64,000 bases of DNA from Pedosphaera sp. (GTDB lineage: Bacteria; Verrucomicrobiota; Verrucomicrobiia; Limisphaerales; DSYF01): assembly GCA_017853715.1 (NCBI GenBank), contig JAFMIZ010000001.1, positions 14,679-78,678 on the forward strand, read 5' to 3'. Under the pieces are notes generated by a model, which saw nothing but the letters and a program-made list of their open reading frames with translations, had not been told where the DNA came from and searched no databases. Made by a program: the position numbers and the translations under genes. Position 1 is the stretch's first letter. Every line of letters starts with the position of its first letter. Below, piece after piece: positions 1 to 11,868 of this stretch.

Positions 1-507
1 GATCAGATCGTTCGCTATGAGACGCAGGGAACCACTACGCTGGGCGCAGTCCTGCTGACCAATGACACCGACGTGGATGGCGACCTGTTGAGCATGACGG
101 AAGTCTCCAACGCCACACCGCTTGGGGCGACCCTCCAATTCACCAATGGAGTCGTCAGTTATCAGCCTCCTCCTGGTGACGCCAATGTAGGCAGCCTCGA
201 ATACATCATCATCGACAGCCAAGGCGGCTCGGCCACTGGCTTGGTTTCGGTAGCGGTCGCCCCGGACCCGCCGGGCACGGACGAGCTCAACATCACAGCC
301 AGCCCCGGACCGTCGATTCATCTCACGCTCACCGGACAGCCCGATTTTATATACACCTTCCAATTCACGGACGCGCTGCAGCCCTTCGGATGGCAAAACT
401 GGCTGGTTACCAATGCCAGCGCCGGTGGCGAAGTCACCGTGACGGATGAAACAGCTGCCGGCCCCACGAACCGGTTTTATCGCACCATTCGCGGCATCGC
501 CCCTTAA
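1..507 (+). CDS. C-terminal part of a large cadherin-like / Ig-like repeat surface protein (5' end outside window)
   Basis: Frame 1 is open from base 1 to the TAA at 505-507. The translation carries a bacterial cadherin-like repeat signature: LLTNDTDVDGDLL ... VSYQPPPG ... GSLEYIIIDSQGG ... VSVAV. Confidence 0.6.
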   Translation, partial: DQIVRYETQGTTTLGAVLLTNDTDVDGDLLSMTEVSNATPLGATLQFTNGVVSYQPPPGDANVGSLEYIIIDSQGGSATGLVSVAVAPDPPGTDELNITASPGPSIHLTLTGQPDFIYTFQFTDALQPFGWQNWLVTNASAGGEVTVTDETAAGPTNRFYRTIRGIAP

Positions 508-816
508 GTCAATTCCTCCTGCCGGAAAGCTCCCGCAAGCGGGTCGTTGGTGCCGCAAGATCCCCAAACGCTTTGTCGGCTGCCCCTATGCAAAAAGGCG
601 GCGCCGCTGCACGCCGCCCTTCCTTGAGCATGGGCTGAGGCACAAAGACATTCTAGACATCTGCTAATCCTTAACCGGAGGCCGGTCTCCGACCCGTCCC
701 CGACTCGCGACAGTCCATCAACATTCCGGGGCCGGGACCGGCGCTCCAATTGCAGCTACACTCGTCCTAAATGCCCAGCCCCTATACCTCTTTTGGTGAT
801 TAGCGGCTAAACAGCC

Positions 817-3411
817 TCACTCAAACCACAACTCTCCGCCTTGCGCCACAGTCTTCACCGTGTCGCCTGGCTTGATCTCGCCGTTGAGCAACTTCGTCGC
901 GAGCGGATTGAGCAGCACATCCTGGATCGCCCGCTTGAGTGGACGGGCGCCGAATTGCGGGTCGTAACCCTGCTTCGCAACCAGCTTCTTCGCTTCGGGC
1001 GTCAGTTCCAGCGTCACCTTCTGCTCGGCCAGCCGTTTGACCACCGTCCTGAGCTGCACGTCCACAATCTCCCCGATCTGCGCTTCGCTCAGGCTGTGGA
1101 AGATGATGATGTCATCCACGCGATTCAGAAACTCCGGACGGAAATGTGTCTTCAGCTCCATCTTCACCACGCGTTCCAATTCCGCCTCATCCTTCAACGA
1201 GGCCGGACCCTTGGCATAGAATTCCTGGATGATCGGCGACCCGATATTGCTCGTCATGATGACGATGGCGTTCTTGAAATCCACCGTCCTCCCCTGCCCG
1301 TCCGTCAATCGCCCGTCGTCCAGCACCTGCAACAGCACGTTGAACACGTCGTGATGCGCCTTCTCGATCTCGTCGAACAACACCACGCTGTAAGGCCGCC
1401 GCCGCACCGCCTCGCTCAATTGCCCGCCCTCCTCATAACCTACGTAGCCGGGCGGCGCGCCCACGAGGCGCGACACCGCATGCTTCTCCATGTATTCCGA
1501 CATATCGATGCGCACCATCGCGTTCTCGTCGTCGAACAAAAACTCCGCCAACGCCCGCGCTGTTTCGGTTTTGCCGACGCCGGTGGGTCCGAGGAAAATG
1601 AATGAGCCGATCGGGCGATTTGGATCCTGCAAACCACTGCGCGAACGCCGCACCGCGTTGGCCACAGCCGCAATCGCCTCCTGCTGACCGATGACACGCT
1701 TCTGCAACTGCGCCTCGATCTGCACCAGCTTCTCGCGTTCGCCCTGCAACATCTTCGACACCGGTATGCCCGTCCACGCCGCCACCACCTCGGCGATCTC
1801 CTCCTCCGCCACCTCCTCATGCAGCAAACGGTTGTCACTCGGCTTCTCCTTCAGCAACTTCTCCGCGGCCGCCAGCTTCCGCTGCAAGTCCGGGATCTTG
1901 CCGTATTGGATCTGGGCCGCCGCATTCAGGTCGCCATGACGTTGCACCTTCTCCAACTCCGACTTCGCCTCCTCCAGCTGGCCGTTGATGATGCCCACCG
2001 CATTGATGGACGCCTTTTCGTTCTGCCACTGCGCCTTCATCGCCGTGGACTTCTCCTTCAAGTCCGCCAGCTCGCGTTCCAGCCTCGTCAAACGCTCCCT
2101 CGATGCCGCGTCTTTCTCGCGCTTCAACGCATTCTGCTCGATCTCCAACTGCATGATCTGCCGCTCTAGCTGGTCGATCTCCGTCGGCATGGAATCCAAC
2201 TCCATGCGCAAGCGCGACGCCGCCTCGTCCACCAGGTCGATGGCCTTGTCCGGCAGGAAACGTTCAGTGATATAACGATTCGAAAGTGTGGCCGCCGCGA
2301 CGAGCGCATTGTCCTGAATCCGCACACCGTGATGCACTTCGTAACGCTCCTTGAGTCCGCGCAGGATGGCAATCGTCGCCTCCACGCTCGGTTCGGTCAC
2401 CTGCACCGGTTGGAACCGCCGCTCCAACGCCGGGTCCTTCTCGATGTATTTGCGATACTCATCCAGCGTGGTGGCGCCCACGCAACGCAACTCGCCCCGC
2501 GCCAGCTGCGGCTTGAGCATGTTGCCCGCGTCCACCGCGCCCTCGGCCTTGCCCGCGCCGACAATCGTGTGCAGCTCGTCAATGAACAGGATGATCTTCC
2601 CCTCGCTTGACGTCACCTCCTTGAGGAACGCCTTCAGGCGATCCTCGAATTCCCCACGATATTTCGCGCCGGCGATCATGGACCCGATATCCATCGCCAC
2701 CAACCGCTTGTTCTTGAGCGACTCCGGCACGTCCCCGCTGACAATGCGCCGCGCCAGCCCCTCGGCAATGGCCGTCTTGCCCACGCCCGGCTCGCCGATG
2801 AGGACCGGATTATTCTTCGTGCGCCGCGACAAGACCTGCATCACGCGCCGGATCTCGTCGTCGCGCCCGATCACCGGATCAATTTTGCCCTGCCGCGCCA
2901 ACGCCGTGAGATCCCTGCCGTATTTCTCCAACGCTTGAAACTTGTCCTCCGGATTCTGGTCGGTGACGCGTTGATTGCCGCGCAACTCCACCAGCGCCTT
3001 CATCAAGGCCTCGCGACTCAGTCCCGCCGAAGACAACGTTTTTTTAAGCGACCCGCCCGCCGTCTCCACGATGCCCAGCAACAGATGCTCCGTGCTGATA
3101 TAGTCATCCTTGAGCTTGCGTGCCTCGGACTCGGCCGCGTCGAGCGCCTTGCGCAACGACTGACCCACGAACGACTCCGCGCCGCCCTGAACTTTATGGC
3201 GCCGGGCCAGTTCCTGGTTGAGGTCTGCGGTGAGTTTGGGGGTGGGCACGCCGAGCTTCTCCAGCAACTCCGGCACGAGACTCTCCGGCTGCTGGGTCAA
3301 CGCCAGCAGCAGATGCTCGCAATCCAGTTCCTGATGCGAGAGTTCGCGCGCAATGTTCTGCGCCGCCTGCAACGCCTCCTGCGCCTTGATAGTCAACCGA
3401 TCCATTTGCAT
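817..3411 (-). CDS. clpB: ATP-dependent disaggregase ClpB
   Basis: Two AAA+ modules with Walker [10 protein letters not shown] and GPTGVGKTE, a long coiled-coil middle domain, and N-terminal Clp repeats ([17 protein letters not shown]). The conserved N-terminus begins [14 protein letters not shown], so I prefer the ATG at 3411 over the ORF-track start at 3459. Confidence 0.95.
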   Translation of the reverse strand: MQMDRLTIKAQEALQAAQNIARELSHQELDCEHLLLALTQQPESLVPELLEKLGVPTPKLTADLNQELARRHKVQGGAESFVGQSLRKALDAAESEARKLKDDYISTEHLLLGIVETAGGSLKKTLSSAGLSREALMKALVELRGNQRVTDQNPEDKFQALEKYGRDLTALARQGKIDPVIGRDDEIRRVMQVLSRRTKNNPVLIGEPGVGKTAIAEGLARRIVSGDVPESLKNKRLVAMDIGSMIAGAKYRGEFEDRLKAFLKEVTSSEGKIILFIDELHTIVGAGKAEGAVDAGNMLKPQLARGELRCVGATTLDEYRKYIEKDPALERRFQPVQVTEPSVEATIAILRGLKERYEVHHGVRIQDNALVAAATLSNRYITERFLPDKAIDLVDEAASRLRMELDSMPTEIDQLERQIMQLEIEQNALKREKDAASRERLTRLERELADLKEKSTAMKAQWQNEKASINAVGIINGQLEEAKSELEKVQRHGDLNAAAQIQYGKIPDLQRKLAAAEKLLKEKPSDNRLLHEEVAEEEIAEVVAAWTGIPVSKMLQGEREKLVQIEAQLQKRVIGQQEAIAAVANAVRRSRSGLQDPNRPIGSFIFLGPTGVGKTETARALAEFLFDDENAMVRIDMSEYMEKHAVSRLVGAPPGYVGYEEGGQLSEAVRRRPYSVVLFDEIEKAHHDVFNVLLQVLDDGRLTDGQGRTVDFKNAIVIMTSNIGSPIIQEFYAKGPASLKDEAELERVVKMELKTHFRPEFLNRVDDIIIFHSLSEAQIGEIVDVQLRTVVKRLAEQKVTLELTPEAKKLVAKQGYDPQFGARPLKRAIQDVLLNPLATKLLNGEIKPGDTVKTVAQGGELWFE

Positions 3412-3509
3412 AACACTTGAATTTAATTTAACCGCAGATGGACGCAAATGAACCGACATCCAGCCCCTTCCCCGCCCATCATCGGTAGGGACGCCACGCT
3501 GCGGCGTTC

Positions 3510-3539
3510 ACATGGGTTCAATCAGCAATCAACTTTCAA
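3510..3539 (-). promoter_or_regulatory. Speculative sigma-32-like heat-shock promoter upstream of clpB
   Basis: On the minus strand, TTGAAA (3539-3534), a 17-nt spacer, then CCCATGT (3516-3510), about 100 nt upstream of the clpB ATG. It resembles CTTGAAA-N13-15-CCCCATNT, but the spacer is long and the consensus comes from Proteobacteria. Confidence 0.2.
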
Positions 3540-3977
3540 CCATCAACTAGTTAACACGCACCATGCCAACGAAGACGAAGTGAAATAGCCCGGAATTGCG
3601 TGTTTCTCCCGCAAAGTGTGCCATCACCTGCGCCAATGAGTGTGCCACGCCATTGGAGAGTGGAACAAGTTGCCTCATGAAAGGCTCCCAAATCGTGAGG
3701 TGATAGCGTCAGCCGTTCGAAACCCTGCTCCTCCCATCTCGGAGTGGGTCTTTTGCTCTCAAAGGAGTTGTGTGCGTCAGGTTGAGCAAATGGTTTCATG
3801 GTGGCCACGAGGTAAAACGAGGCGGCACGGACGGCCTAGCGGGCCATCCATACCCGCCGTTTCAACCAGCGCCCCGCCCGTGCTTGGGAGCCTTTTGCTA
3901 CGCAGAATTCTGGTTCATCAAGGAATTCCGGGGGATGTTTCGGGAGGATGAAGTTGCCGCGGACGGGACGACGGGGT

Positions 3978-4548
3978 GGTAAAAGCGGTAAAGCCCTGAA
4001 GAATCCACCCCCGAATCGACAGGAAGCTAAACGTGTTCCTATTTGACTAATATGGAGCTACTTACAAACAAGAAATCCACCACCAGAGCCCTCCAGTGGC
4101 TTTACTTTTCCTTTACCTTTGCTTTACCGAATTTCGATTTCTCGGCGGGTCACCCGGTGATGTCACCCTTTGACACTTTAAACCCCTGAACGGTAGCCGC
4201 CAGCGTGAGCCAGCTCTGGCTTTTCCCCGCGTTCAGGTGGAGCGGACTCACGTCCGCTGGACCAGGTCACCTGCTGACGTGACCCTTTGATACCACTTTC
4301 TGCGGCACACACGGTATCACACGCTGCACTTTACCTTTGCTTTACCGCCCTGCGAATTGCCGGAATCGCTGCTGTCTCTGCGGGCCACCGGGCGGGACGG
4401 TGGCAGCGCCACAGGCGAAGGTAACGACAGGCGGGACGCCGGGGCCCCTCAGACCCACGAACTGAGAAGCCTTCCCTACCCTGCAGGCAAGAGGCTTTAC
4501 CTTTGCTTTACCTTTTCTTTACCCATTTCCGATTTCTCGGCGGTCAAT
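3978..4548. repeat. Cluster of 11-bp-phased CTTTACC heptamer arrays with associated conserved boxes, in a gene-free region
   Basis: The exact 18-mer CTTTACCTTTGCTTTACC occurs at 4111-4128, 4329-4346 and 4495-4512. Heptamer starts are 4100/4111/4122, 4329/4340 and 4495/4506/4517, all at an 11-bp period. An inverted pair GGTAAAAGCGGTAAAG lies at 3978-3993. A shared box TTTC(C)GATTTCTCGGCGG(G)TCA lies at 4131-4152 and 4525-4546. Related inverted-repeat boxes lie at 4148-4176 and 4265-4293. Confidence 0.85.
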
Positions 4549-5357
4549 GTGCGTTTTGACGGGTTTTGGCGGGGGATGCCTCGGGTGCACGGAAACGACA
4601 TCCCGGTATTTTCGGACCACGTCTCACTGCCCAAGCCCGCACCGCGACCGGAGACTCGTGCTCCGATGCTCGACTGGCTCAACCCACCCCACCGGCAAAT
4701 CCACCCCCATCACCCAAACTTCAAGTTGAGAAACTGAACGTGAATTTAAAGTAGTTTCAAACCCGGAGGATGACAAGTCCCGGGCCTCTCGGAATTCCGG
4801 GAGGAACCAAAATTCCCTTTCCGCCTACTTTATTGCTGAACAGAGCAACCAACCCAATAGACAGGTCGCCGGGAAAAATGTGCCGACGAACTGAACGAAC
4901 GTCTGCGCTTGGAACTCGTGGATGAATTAACCGCGCAGCAATGAGATGGCGCCGGCAAGGACGATGATGGCTGCGCTCCTTTGGCTGCCTCGGCAAGCGG
5001 CCCTGAACGGGCCAATCCCATAACCTGCAATCTGTCCAACAGCCTCGGTGGCGGTTGGCTTGCATCCGACATTATCCATAAGCGTAGGCGCCTCTCTATG
5101 ATCTGGCAGGAATCGCTTCGTCATGGCGAATCAAGGCTCCGTAACATGCGCCCCGGTATGCTCCGAACGCGTCAACGTCCTCAGGATAAGAGGCGCACCA
5201 GAATGGCTGGTTGAGTAAAAGAAGGGCTAAGACGCCCAACCCGAGCATTGCCTACAAGCGGAAGGCACGCGCAGGGTCCCAATGAAGAAAATGAACCGTA
5301 GCAGCCCGAAAGTGCGCCTTTGAAGAATGCGGATCTGGAGTGCTAACGCCTAACCGC

Positions 5358-6713
<1,356 letters not shown>

Positions 6714-6750
6714 GCGGCTTGAATCAGGTTGGATTTATCGCCCACCATGC

Positions 6751-7803
6751 TTATACGCGGACCACGGACCGGGTGCGAATCGAATCTTCTTCCGCCTCGC
6801 AAATCTCCAGCGCCGTGACGCCATCCCGCGCCGTGACTACCTCGGGGCGACGGCCGGTCAGCACGCAATCCAAGATGTAACTGATCTCGTCACCGTAGCC
6901 GTCGGAACTGCCCAACGGCAAGGAACGGGTCGGTTGACCGGGCTTGGTGACCTGCAGGGCGTTCTCCCCACGACTCAAATCGAAGTCCACCGTGGCGCGT
7001 TCGCAATGAACCGTGTAGCTCATGTTGAATCCGCTGGCCAACAGCCAGCTGCCCTCGGCGGAAACCGCGGGCCCACCGCCAACAAACTGATACTGCGCCA
7101 CGACGTGATTGATGGAGCCGCGCTCGTCGATGACCCCGGAGGCGTAAACAGTCTCAGGGCGCCCGAAAATGAAGTTCACAAAGTCAACGTCGTGAATGTG
7201 GAGGTCGAACAACGCGCCGCCAGCGTCCGCCTGTGAACCATAGCTCCCGTTTCGGCTCCACTTCGGCATCGCGGAGACGCGTCGGAACCCTGCGGCCAAG
7301 ACCCGCCCGTAAGTCTCCAGACTCACGACCTGTCGCAACCACGCCCAACCCGGCCAGAAGCGCATGCACATGGCAGGCATCAACATGCCCGGCGAGCGTT
7401 CGGCAACCTCCAACACTTTGCGGGCCGCCGCCGAGGTCCGGGCCAGCGGCTTTTCACACAACACGTGCTTGCCCGCCTCCAACGCAGCAATGACCTGCTC
7501 GGGATGGACTGCGGTGGGCGTGCAAAGATCCACCAGTCGAACTGCGGGGTCCTCAAGGACGGCATCCAGTTGGTCACACACCCGCACCTCCGGTCCAAGG
7601 CGGATTTCATTTGCTTGCTGGATGTTGCCGTTCACGCCAGCGAGCACCCCATTGACCGGCTTGCGCATGGCATCGCACACCATGGAGACGCGGGCCTGCG
7701 GATTGTCGAGATAGGCGCGGAGGTGGGTGGCTCCCATGAAACCAAGTCCGACCACGGCGACGTTGACGGGCTCAAACCCGTTTTGTTTCAGATGTTTTTT
7801 CAT
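6751..7803 (-). CDS. Gfo/Idh/MocA family NAD(P)-dependent oxidoreductase
   Basis: N-terminal Rossmann motif VAVVGLGFMGATH and the family EKP motif (HVLCEKPLA). 350 aa. Confidence 0.85.
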   Translation of the reverse strand: MKKHLKQNGFEPVNVAVVGLGFMGATHLRAYLDNPQARVSMVCDAMRKPVNGVLAGVNGNIQQANEIRLGPEVRVCDQLDAVLEDPAVRLVDLCTPTAVHPEQVIAALEAGKHVLCEKPLARTSAAARKVLEVAERSPGMLMPAMCMRFWPGWAWLRQVVSLETYGRVLAAGFRRVSAMPKWSRNGSYGSQADAGGALFDLHIHDVDFVNFIFGRPETVYASGVIDERGSINHVVAQYQFVGGGPAVSAEGSWLLASGFNMSYTVHCERATVDFDLSRGENALQVTKPGQPTRSLPLGSSDGYGDEISYILDCVLTGRRPEVVTARDGVTALEICEAEEDSIRTRSVVRV

Positions 7804-7813
7804 CTTTAGTCGG

Positions 7814-8686
7814 TCAGATAAAAGTTCGCTCCACCACCGCCCGTGCCGCCCGGATATCCGCCACCCGCCTATCGCCTGCCTCGCGTTCGATGGCGAGGTT
7901 CACGTTGAAAATGACCTGGCGAAACGTGGCGAAGAAGGCGCGCCATTCCACTTCACCCGTGCCGACCACCACCTCTTCACCCCAGGTGCCAGGAACCTTG
8001 GTGCGACGCGCATCCTTGATGTGGACCTGCCTAATCCAAGGCGCGAGCGTTTGCAAGGCTTTCACCGGATCTCCCTTGTCGTAAAGAATCATGTTGGCGG
8101 GATCGAAGTTCACCCCAATGTTCGGGTGATTGAGCTTGCGCAACAAGTCAGCCAAGGCGGGCGCGGTTTCCTGCCCCGTTTCCAGGCCCAGCAGGATGTT
8201 GTGCACCATGAAGATGTCGGACACTTCATCGAGCCGCTGCAACAGCTTGCTGAACATCGGGTCCGATTCCTCGGTGGGCAGGAACCCGGCATGAAAGGTG
8301 ACCAGCTTGAGTCCGATTTTCTTCGCAAGCACGGCGGCGGCGCGTATGTTCTTCAAATTCTGCTCCCAGGTGGAGTCGGGAGCGATGCCGCCGGTCGACC
8401 TGATGGACTCCAGCGTGGAGTAATCTTCCCCGACACAGCGAAACATGCCGGTGACGATGGTGACACCAGCATCCCGCAACATCGCTGGAGTGTCGCCCCA
8501 AACTTTGGGGTCGTCGCGCAAGGGGTCGAGTTCCAGTTGCACCCGGTTGATACCGGTGGCCTGCAGCCTGGCAATCAAGTCGTGCGGGTCCGTGGCCTGC
8601 AAAGACCAGGAGCAGACGGCGAGATTCGGCATGCTCTGGGGCTGTGTCATGGGGGAAAACTCACAGAAAAGCGGGTCTGCCGCCAT
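7814..8686 (-). CDS. Sugar phosphate isomerase/epimerase (xylose isomerase-like TIM barrel) family protein
   Basis: 290-aa ORF with typical family blocks: VTFHAGF, LGLETGQE, NIGVNFDPANMILY, VHIKDA. The start could instead be the Met at 8650 (MTQPQS). Confidence 0.8.
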   Translation of the reverse strand: MAADPLFCEFSPMTQPQSMPNLAVCSWSLQATDPHDLIARLQATGINRVQLELDPLRDDPKVWGDTPAMLRDAGVTIVTGMFRCVGEDYSTLESIRSTGGIAPDSTWEQNLKNIRAAAVLAKKIGLKLVTFHAGFLPTEESDPMFSKLLQRLDEVSDIFMVHNILLGLETGQETAPALADLLRKLNHPNIGVNFDPANMILYDKGDPVKALQTLAPWIRQVHIKDARRTKVPGTWGEEVVVGTGEVEWRAFFATFRQVIFNVNLAIEREAGDRRVADIRAARAVVERTFI

Positions 8687-8704
8687 CCATTTTCGCGCCT
8701 TGAA

Positions 8705-9478
8705 TCAGTCACGCTGCCACTCAGGTTTGTTGGAAAACACCCACCGATAATATTCAGTCCGCTGCAATTGGCTCGCCGCTGCTTCGTCCAAAAAGACTTT
8801 CACGGTGGGATGCAACTGCAGGATGGAGGCCGGGCAGATCGCGGTAAGGGGGCCTTCCACCGCTTGGGCGACGGCTTTCGCCTTTTGCTCACCAAACGCA
8901 AGCAGAACAATTTGCTTCGCATCCATGATGGTGCCGATGCCCATCGTGATGACGTGATACGGGACCGCGCCTTCGCTGCCAAAAAAGCGGGAATTATCGC
9001 GACGCGTCTGCTGAGTCAGCGTCTTTATGCGAGTCCGCGAAGCGAGCGAGGAGGTAGGCTCGTTGAATCCGATGTGCCCATCCGTGCCGACACCCAGAAC
9101 CTGCAAATCAATTCCCCCGGCTTTCTTGATCTCCTTTTCATAACGGGCACAAAACTTCGGCACGTCCTTGGCCATTCCGTCAGGGATGTGGATGTTTTCG
9201 GGATCAATCTTCAAATGACGGAACAAGTTTTCCCGCATGAAGCTGTGGTAGGACTGCGGATGGTCCGGGGCCAATCCCACGTATTCGTCCAAATTGAAGG
9301 TAGTCACTTGACCCCATTCGAGTTTGAGACCGATGAGAGCACGATACAGCAGCAACGGCGTGCTGCCGGTGGCTAGCCCGAGGACTGAGTCCGGTTTGTC
9401 GCGAAGTTGCCGAGCAATCACTCGCGCGGCCACCGAGGTGGCGACTTCAGGCGTGGGTTGAATGATAATTTCCATCAA
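8705..9478 (-). CDS. nagB: Glucosamine-6-phosphate deaminase
   Basis: 257 aa with blocks GLATGSTPLLLY, FNLDEYVGL and GVGTDGHIGFNEP. The start overlaps the stop of the upstream PIG-L gene by 4 nt (ATGA). Confidence 0.9.
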   Translation of the reverse strand: MMEIIIQPTPEVATSVAARVIARQLRDKPDSVLGLATGSTPLLLYRALIGLKLEWGQVTTFNLDEYVGLAPDHPQSYHSFMRENLFRHLKIDPENIHIPDGMAKDVPKFCARYEKEIKKAGGIDLQVLGVGTDGHIGFNEPTSSLASRTRIKTLTQQTRRDNSRFFGSEGAVPYHVITMGIGTIMDAKQIVLLAFGEQKAKAVAQAVEGPLTAICPASILQLHPTVKVFLDEAAASQLQRTEYYRWVFSNKPEWQRD

Positions 9479-10332
9479 ACTCTCCCCAAACGCGCCGCCA
9501 GCTTGCCGCGCACGTCCGAATTGAATTGCTCCACGTAATCGCAGACATACCCGACAATGTCTCGCGATTCGTTGACCACCAGCGGGGTAAGGTCCATGCC
9601 AAAAATGATGCGCTCGGCCTGATCGCTGGCGTGAGACTCGAAGAAGGTCGCATTGGCCGCGCGGCGTCCCAAGGTGGCCAAGTCATAGCGCTTACCGCCC
9701 GCGATCTGTGAATCAAAGATTCCATTCAAAGCCGCCGCCAAATTGTCACGGCCACTCACATTCATGACCACCTTGGCGGCGTCCGCCAGCCAGTCAAGGT
9801 CACGCCAAACCTCGCAACCGATCACCCTTCCGGGCCGCTGCTCCGGAGGCATTTCACGCAAAGCCTGCAGCGAGGCCACCACCACTCCGATGTGCGTTTC
9901 GTGCTTGTCCGCCGGATTGTGGGTGTAAACCACCTGCGGTTGGGTGGCAGCCAGGATTTGGGCGAGGTCACTCTTCAACGCAACGTCAGTCGGACTCTTG
10001 ACGATGCTGCTGGGGTGATCCAACTGAATCATCACGCCGTATTGTCCGACGATTGCCGCGGCATCCTGTTCCTCACGCCGAACGCCCATCATCTGATCGT
10101 CGGTAAAATCTTTGTAGGGACCGGTGCGGGAACTGCCCGCCCCGTTGGTGCAGGTGACCCCGCCGAACCAACGATCGGGACGCTGGTAACACTCCAGAAT
10201 GCCGTGGAAGGCCATGAACTCCAGGTCGTCCTGATGCGCACCTATGCCCAAGTGCGTGACGCGTGCCAGCGCTTCCGTTTCCGGCGCTTGGTCGGGAACG
10301 AACAGACGGGCATTGGGTTGACGAAACTTCAT
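9475..10332 (-). CDS. PIG-L / LmbE family deacetylase (putative N-acetyl-amino-sugar deacetylase)
   Basis: 285 aa. Carries the LmbE-type metal-site motif GIGAHQDDLEF and a downstream HNPADKHETH. Translationally coupled to nagB. Confidence 0.8.
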   Translation of the reverse strand: MKFRQPNARLFVPDQAPETEALARVTHLGIGAHQDDLEFMAFHGILECYQRPDRWFGGVTCTNGAGSSRTGPYKDFTDDQMMGVRREEQDAAAIVGQYGVMIQLDHPSSIVKSPTDVALKSDLAQILAATQPQVVYTHNPADKHETHIGVVVASLQALREMPPEQRPGRVIGCEVWRDLDWLADAAKVVMNVSGRDNLAAALNGIFDSQIAGGKRYDLATLGRRAANATFFESHASDQAERIIFGMDLTPLVVNESRDIVGYVCDYVEQFNSDVRGKLAARLGRV

Positions 10333-10335
10333 GGC

Positions 10336-11790
10336 TCAATGAGGGACTTGAGGCAAACTGGCGGCGGCAACGGCCTGACCCACACGACGGCTCTTTTCAT
10401 CCGGCACTTCCAGTTTAAGCCGACGCGCAACTTCCGGGAATTCAGCCTGCAATACTTTGCGGGCCCGTGCCAGCAACAGATCACCCCCCTGCCCGGTGGT
10501 CACCCGGCCGAGCAACAAAACGTTCTGGCAGTCATAAAACTCCAGATAGTAAGGCAGCGAGTAGCCCAGATACACGCCGATGGTTTCATAAATCTTCGCC
10601 GCCCGGGTGTCGCCCTTCTTCATCAAGTCTTGGACGGCTTTCAACCGTTCGGGCAGGCCCATTTCAGGGGGCACACCGATCTTGGCAGCGGGTAGCAGCT
10701 TGTTGACGGCCTGTTGCGAGAAATACATGGCGCCAACCCCGCGGTCTTTTGACCACTCATCCGGCGGAGCTTTGGGATTGTAGTCCACCGGCGCGAAAGC
10801 GAGTTCGTTCAACCAGCCCCGAATGCAGCCTTGCCGGTCAATAAAACCAGCTGCCTCGCTCGAACCCATCGCGATGCCAAGCATGCCTTTGCGGCGCAGA
10901 GACAACGCGCCCGCCAGCGCTGTGACGTCGCCATCGTTCATCACAACCATGGGGACGTTCCAAAGCTTTTGCAGGCGTTTGAAAAGTTTGGCCGCTTCAG
11001 CATAACGCTGACGCGGAATCGCCCGCAGCAGCGAGGCTATGCGGATTTCATTATCCACGATTACGCCCGCTGAACTGCCGCCGATGGCGTCGACGCGCGG
11101 CAAATGTGCCGCGGCCCGATGCAACGCGGAGGCGACATGATGAAAGTGATAATCAGGGTCGGATTTTGACTTTGGATCCCAAGGCACTTCTTCCGTGAAA
11201 ACGGCCTCACCATCAATGACCGCTGCGACCTTGTAATCGCTCGCCCCCAAATCGAAGCCAATCCGACACCCACGCAGATGGCCGCCCGCCGATTGGTCTG
11301 GCTCGCGTGCAGCGGGAACCTTGCCCGCGTTGCAGACGACCACGCGGAACGGCTGGGCGTAAGCCCGAGTCATCATGTCCACGTCGAAGGCGCGCTTGCC
11401 GCGTGTTGAGTATTGTCCCTTGAGGAAGTCACCGATGGCTCGCGGACCCCCGACATAGAGTTTCCAGCCACCCCGCGCCCAGAGGAGAAATTTCACCAGC
11501 CGCTCAACGTAACGTAACGTCTGCGGTCCCCCGTTACGATCCACCGTCGTTTCACAGCGCGACACCAATCCGTTTTCGCGCTCCAATCCAAGCACCAGCG
11601 GCACACCTCGTCCGGAGACTTTGACGTCGGCGATATATTGCCGATTCCAAAGGACAGGCGGCAAGAAGCCGGGATCGAGCGGAGCGAAGATTTGAGAAGT
11701 TTTTGCCACGGTTGCCAAATGCATTGGGTTTACACTCGCACGGATGTTCGACCTCTTGGGGGGCGAATCAAAGCCAAAAGATGTCACCAT
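10336..11790 (-). CDS. ROK / PpgK-like sugar kinase with an N-terminal extension of about 180 aa
   Basis: The C-terminal two thirds carry ASKHA-fold kinase blocks: GFDLGASDYKVAAV, IGGSSAGVIV, VVMNDGDVTALAGAL, GIAMGSSEAAGF. The N-terminal part is unassigned and the exact start is uncertain. Confidence 0.65.
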   Translation of the reverse strand: MVTSFGFDSPPKRSNIRASVNPMHLATVAKTSQIFAPLDPGFLPPVLWNRQYIADVKVSGRGVPLVLGLERENGLVSRCETTVDRNGGPQTLRYVERLVKFLLWARGGWKLYVGGPRAIGDFLKGQYSTRGKRAFDVDMMTRAYAQPFRVVVCNAGKVPAAREPDQSAGGHLRGCRIGFDLGASDYKVAAVIDGEAVFTEEVPWDPKSKSDPDYHFHHVASALHRAAAHLPRVDAIGGSSAGVIVDNEIRIASLLRAIPRQRYAEAAKLFKRLQKLWNVPMVVMNDGDVTALAGALSLRRKGMLGIAMGSSEAAGFIDRQGCIRGWLNELAFAPVDYNPKAPPDEWSKDRGVGAMYFSQQAVNKLLPAAKIGVPPEMGLPERLKAVQDLMKKGDTRAAKIYETIGVYLGYSLPYYLEFYDCQNVLLLGRVTTGQGGDLLLARARKVLQAEFPEVARRLKLEVPDEKSRRVGQAVAAASLPQVPH

Positions 11791-11868
11791 TCTTGGGATT
11801 TTGTAACATGCCCGTTTCTATCATTTTGCCGCTTGCGTTCGCGCGGTAATTGCCCGATTGCTGCAGCC

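Noticed and set aside
3484-3511. GC-rich hairpin motif GGYAGGGACGSCRCGCTGCGSCG shared with 33718-33745, with an apparently compensatory C-G/G-C swap. A possible REP-like element.
   Set aside because: There are only two copies, with about 6 mismatches in 28 nt. My rough estimate is that matches of this quality are expected by chance in 64 kb of GC-rich sequence. It needs genome-wide counts before it means anything.
3978-4548. Possibility that the CTTTACC arrays are a CRISPR array or CtsR operators for clpB.
   Set aside because: An 11-bp period without spacers is incompatible with CRISPR. CtsR boxes are GGTCAAA-N3-GGTCAAA (10-bp period), and these arrays lie 700-1100 bp from the clpB start. 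The resemblance is architectural only.
4000-4710. DnaA-box-like ATCCACC motifs (near 4003, 4075, 4698; also 55792) and a short AT-rich patch near 4040-4075, suggesting oriC.
   Set aside because: The shared 12-mer AAATCCACCCCC is short enough to recur by chance in a window of this size. The matches to TTATCCACA are weak. No dnaA, dnaN or clear DNA-unwinding element is present.
4927-5124. 65-aa ORF with a GGAG about 12 nt upstream and a hydrophobic C-terminus (AAIIVLAGAISLL) in the gene-free region. Also the 85-aa ORF at 3551-3808.
   Set aside because: No family resemblance, several other short ORFs overlap in alternative frames, and codon usage is unremarkable. I kept these only as things to test with expression or conservation data.
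7727-9376. 549-aa plus-strand ORF spanning three minus-strand genes. Similar long antisense ORFs occur at 21377-22801, 44256-45899, 46704-48452, 14164-14886, 28274-29068 and 62717-63286.
   Set aside because: They lie antisense to genes with clear family signatures. Their sequences are Arg/Gly/His/Leu-rich and low in information, and they show no motifs. Long open antisense frames are expected in GC-rich DNA.
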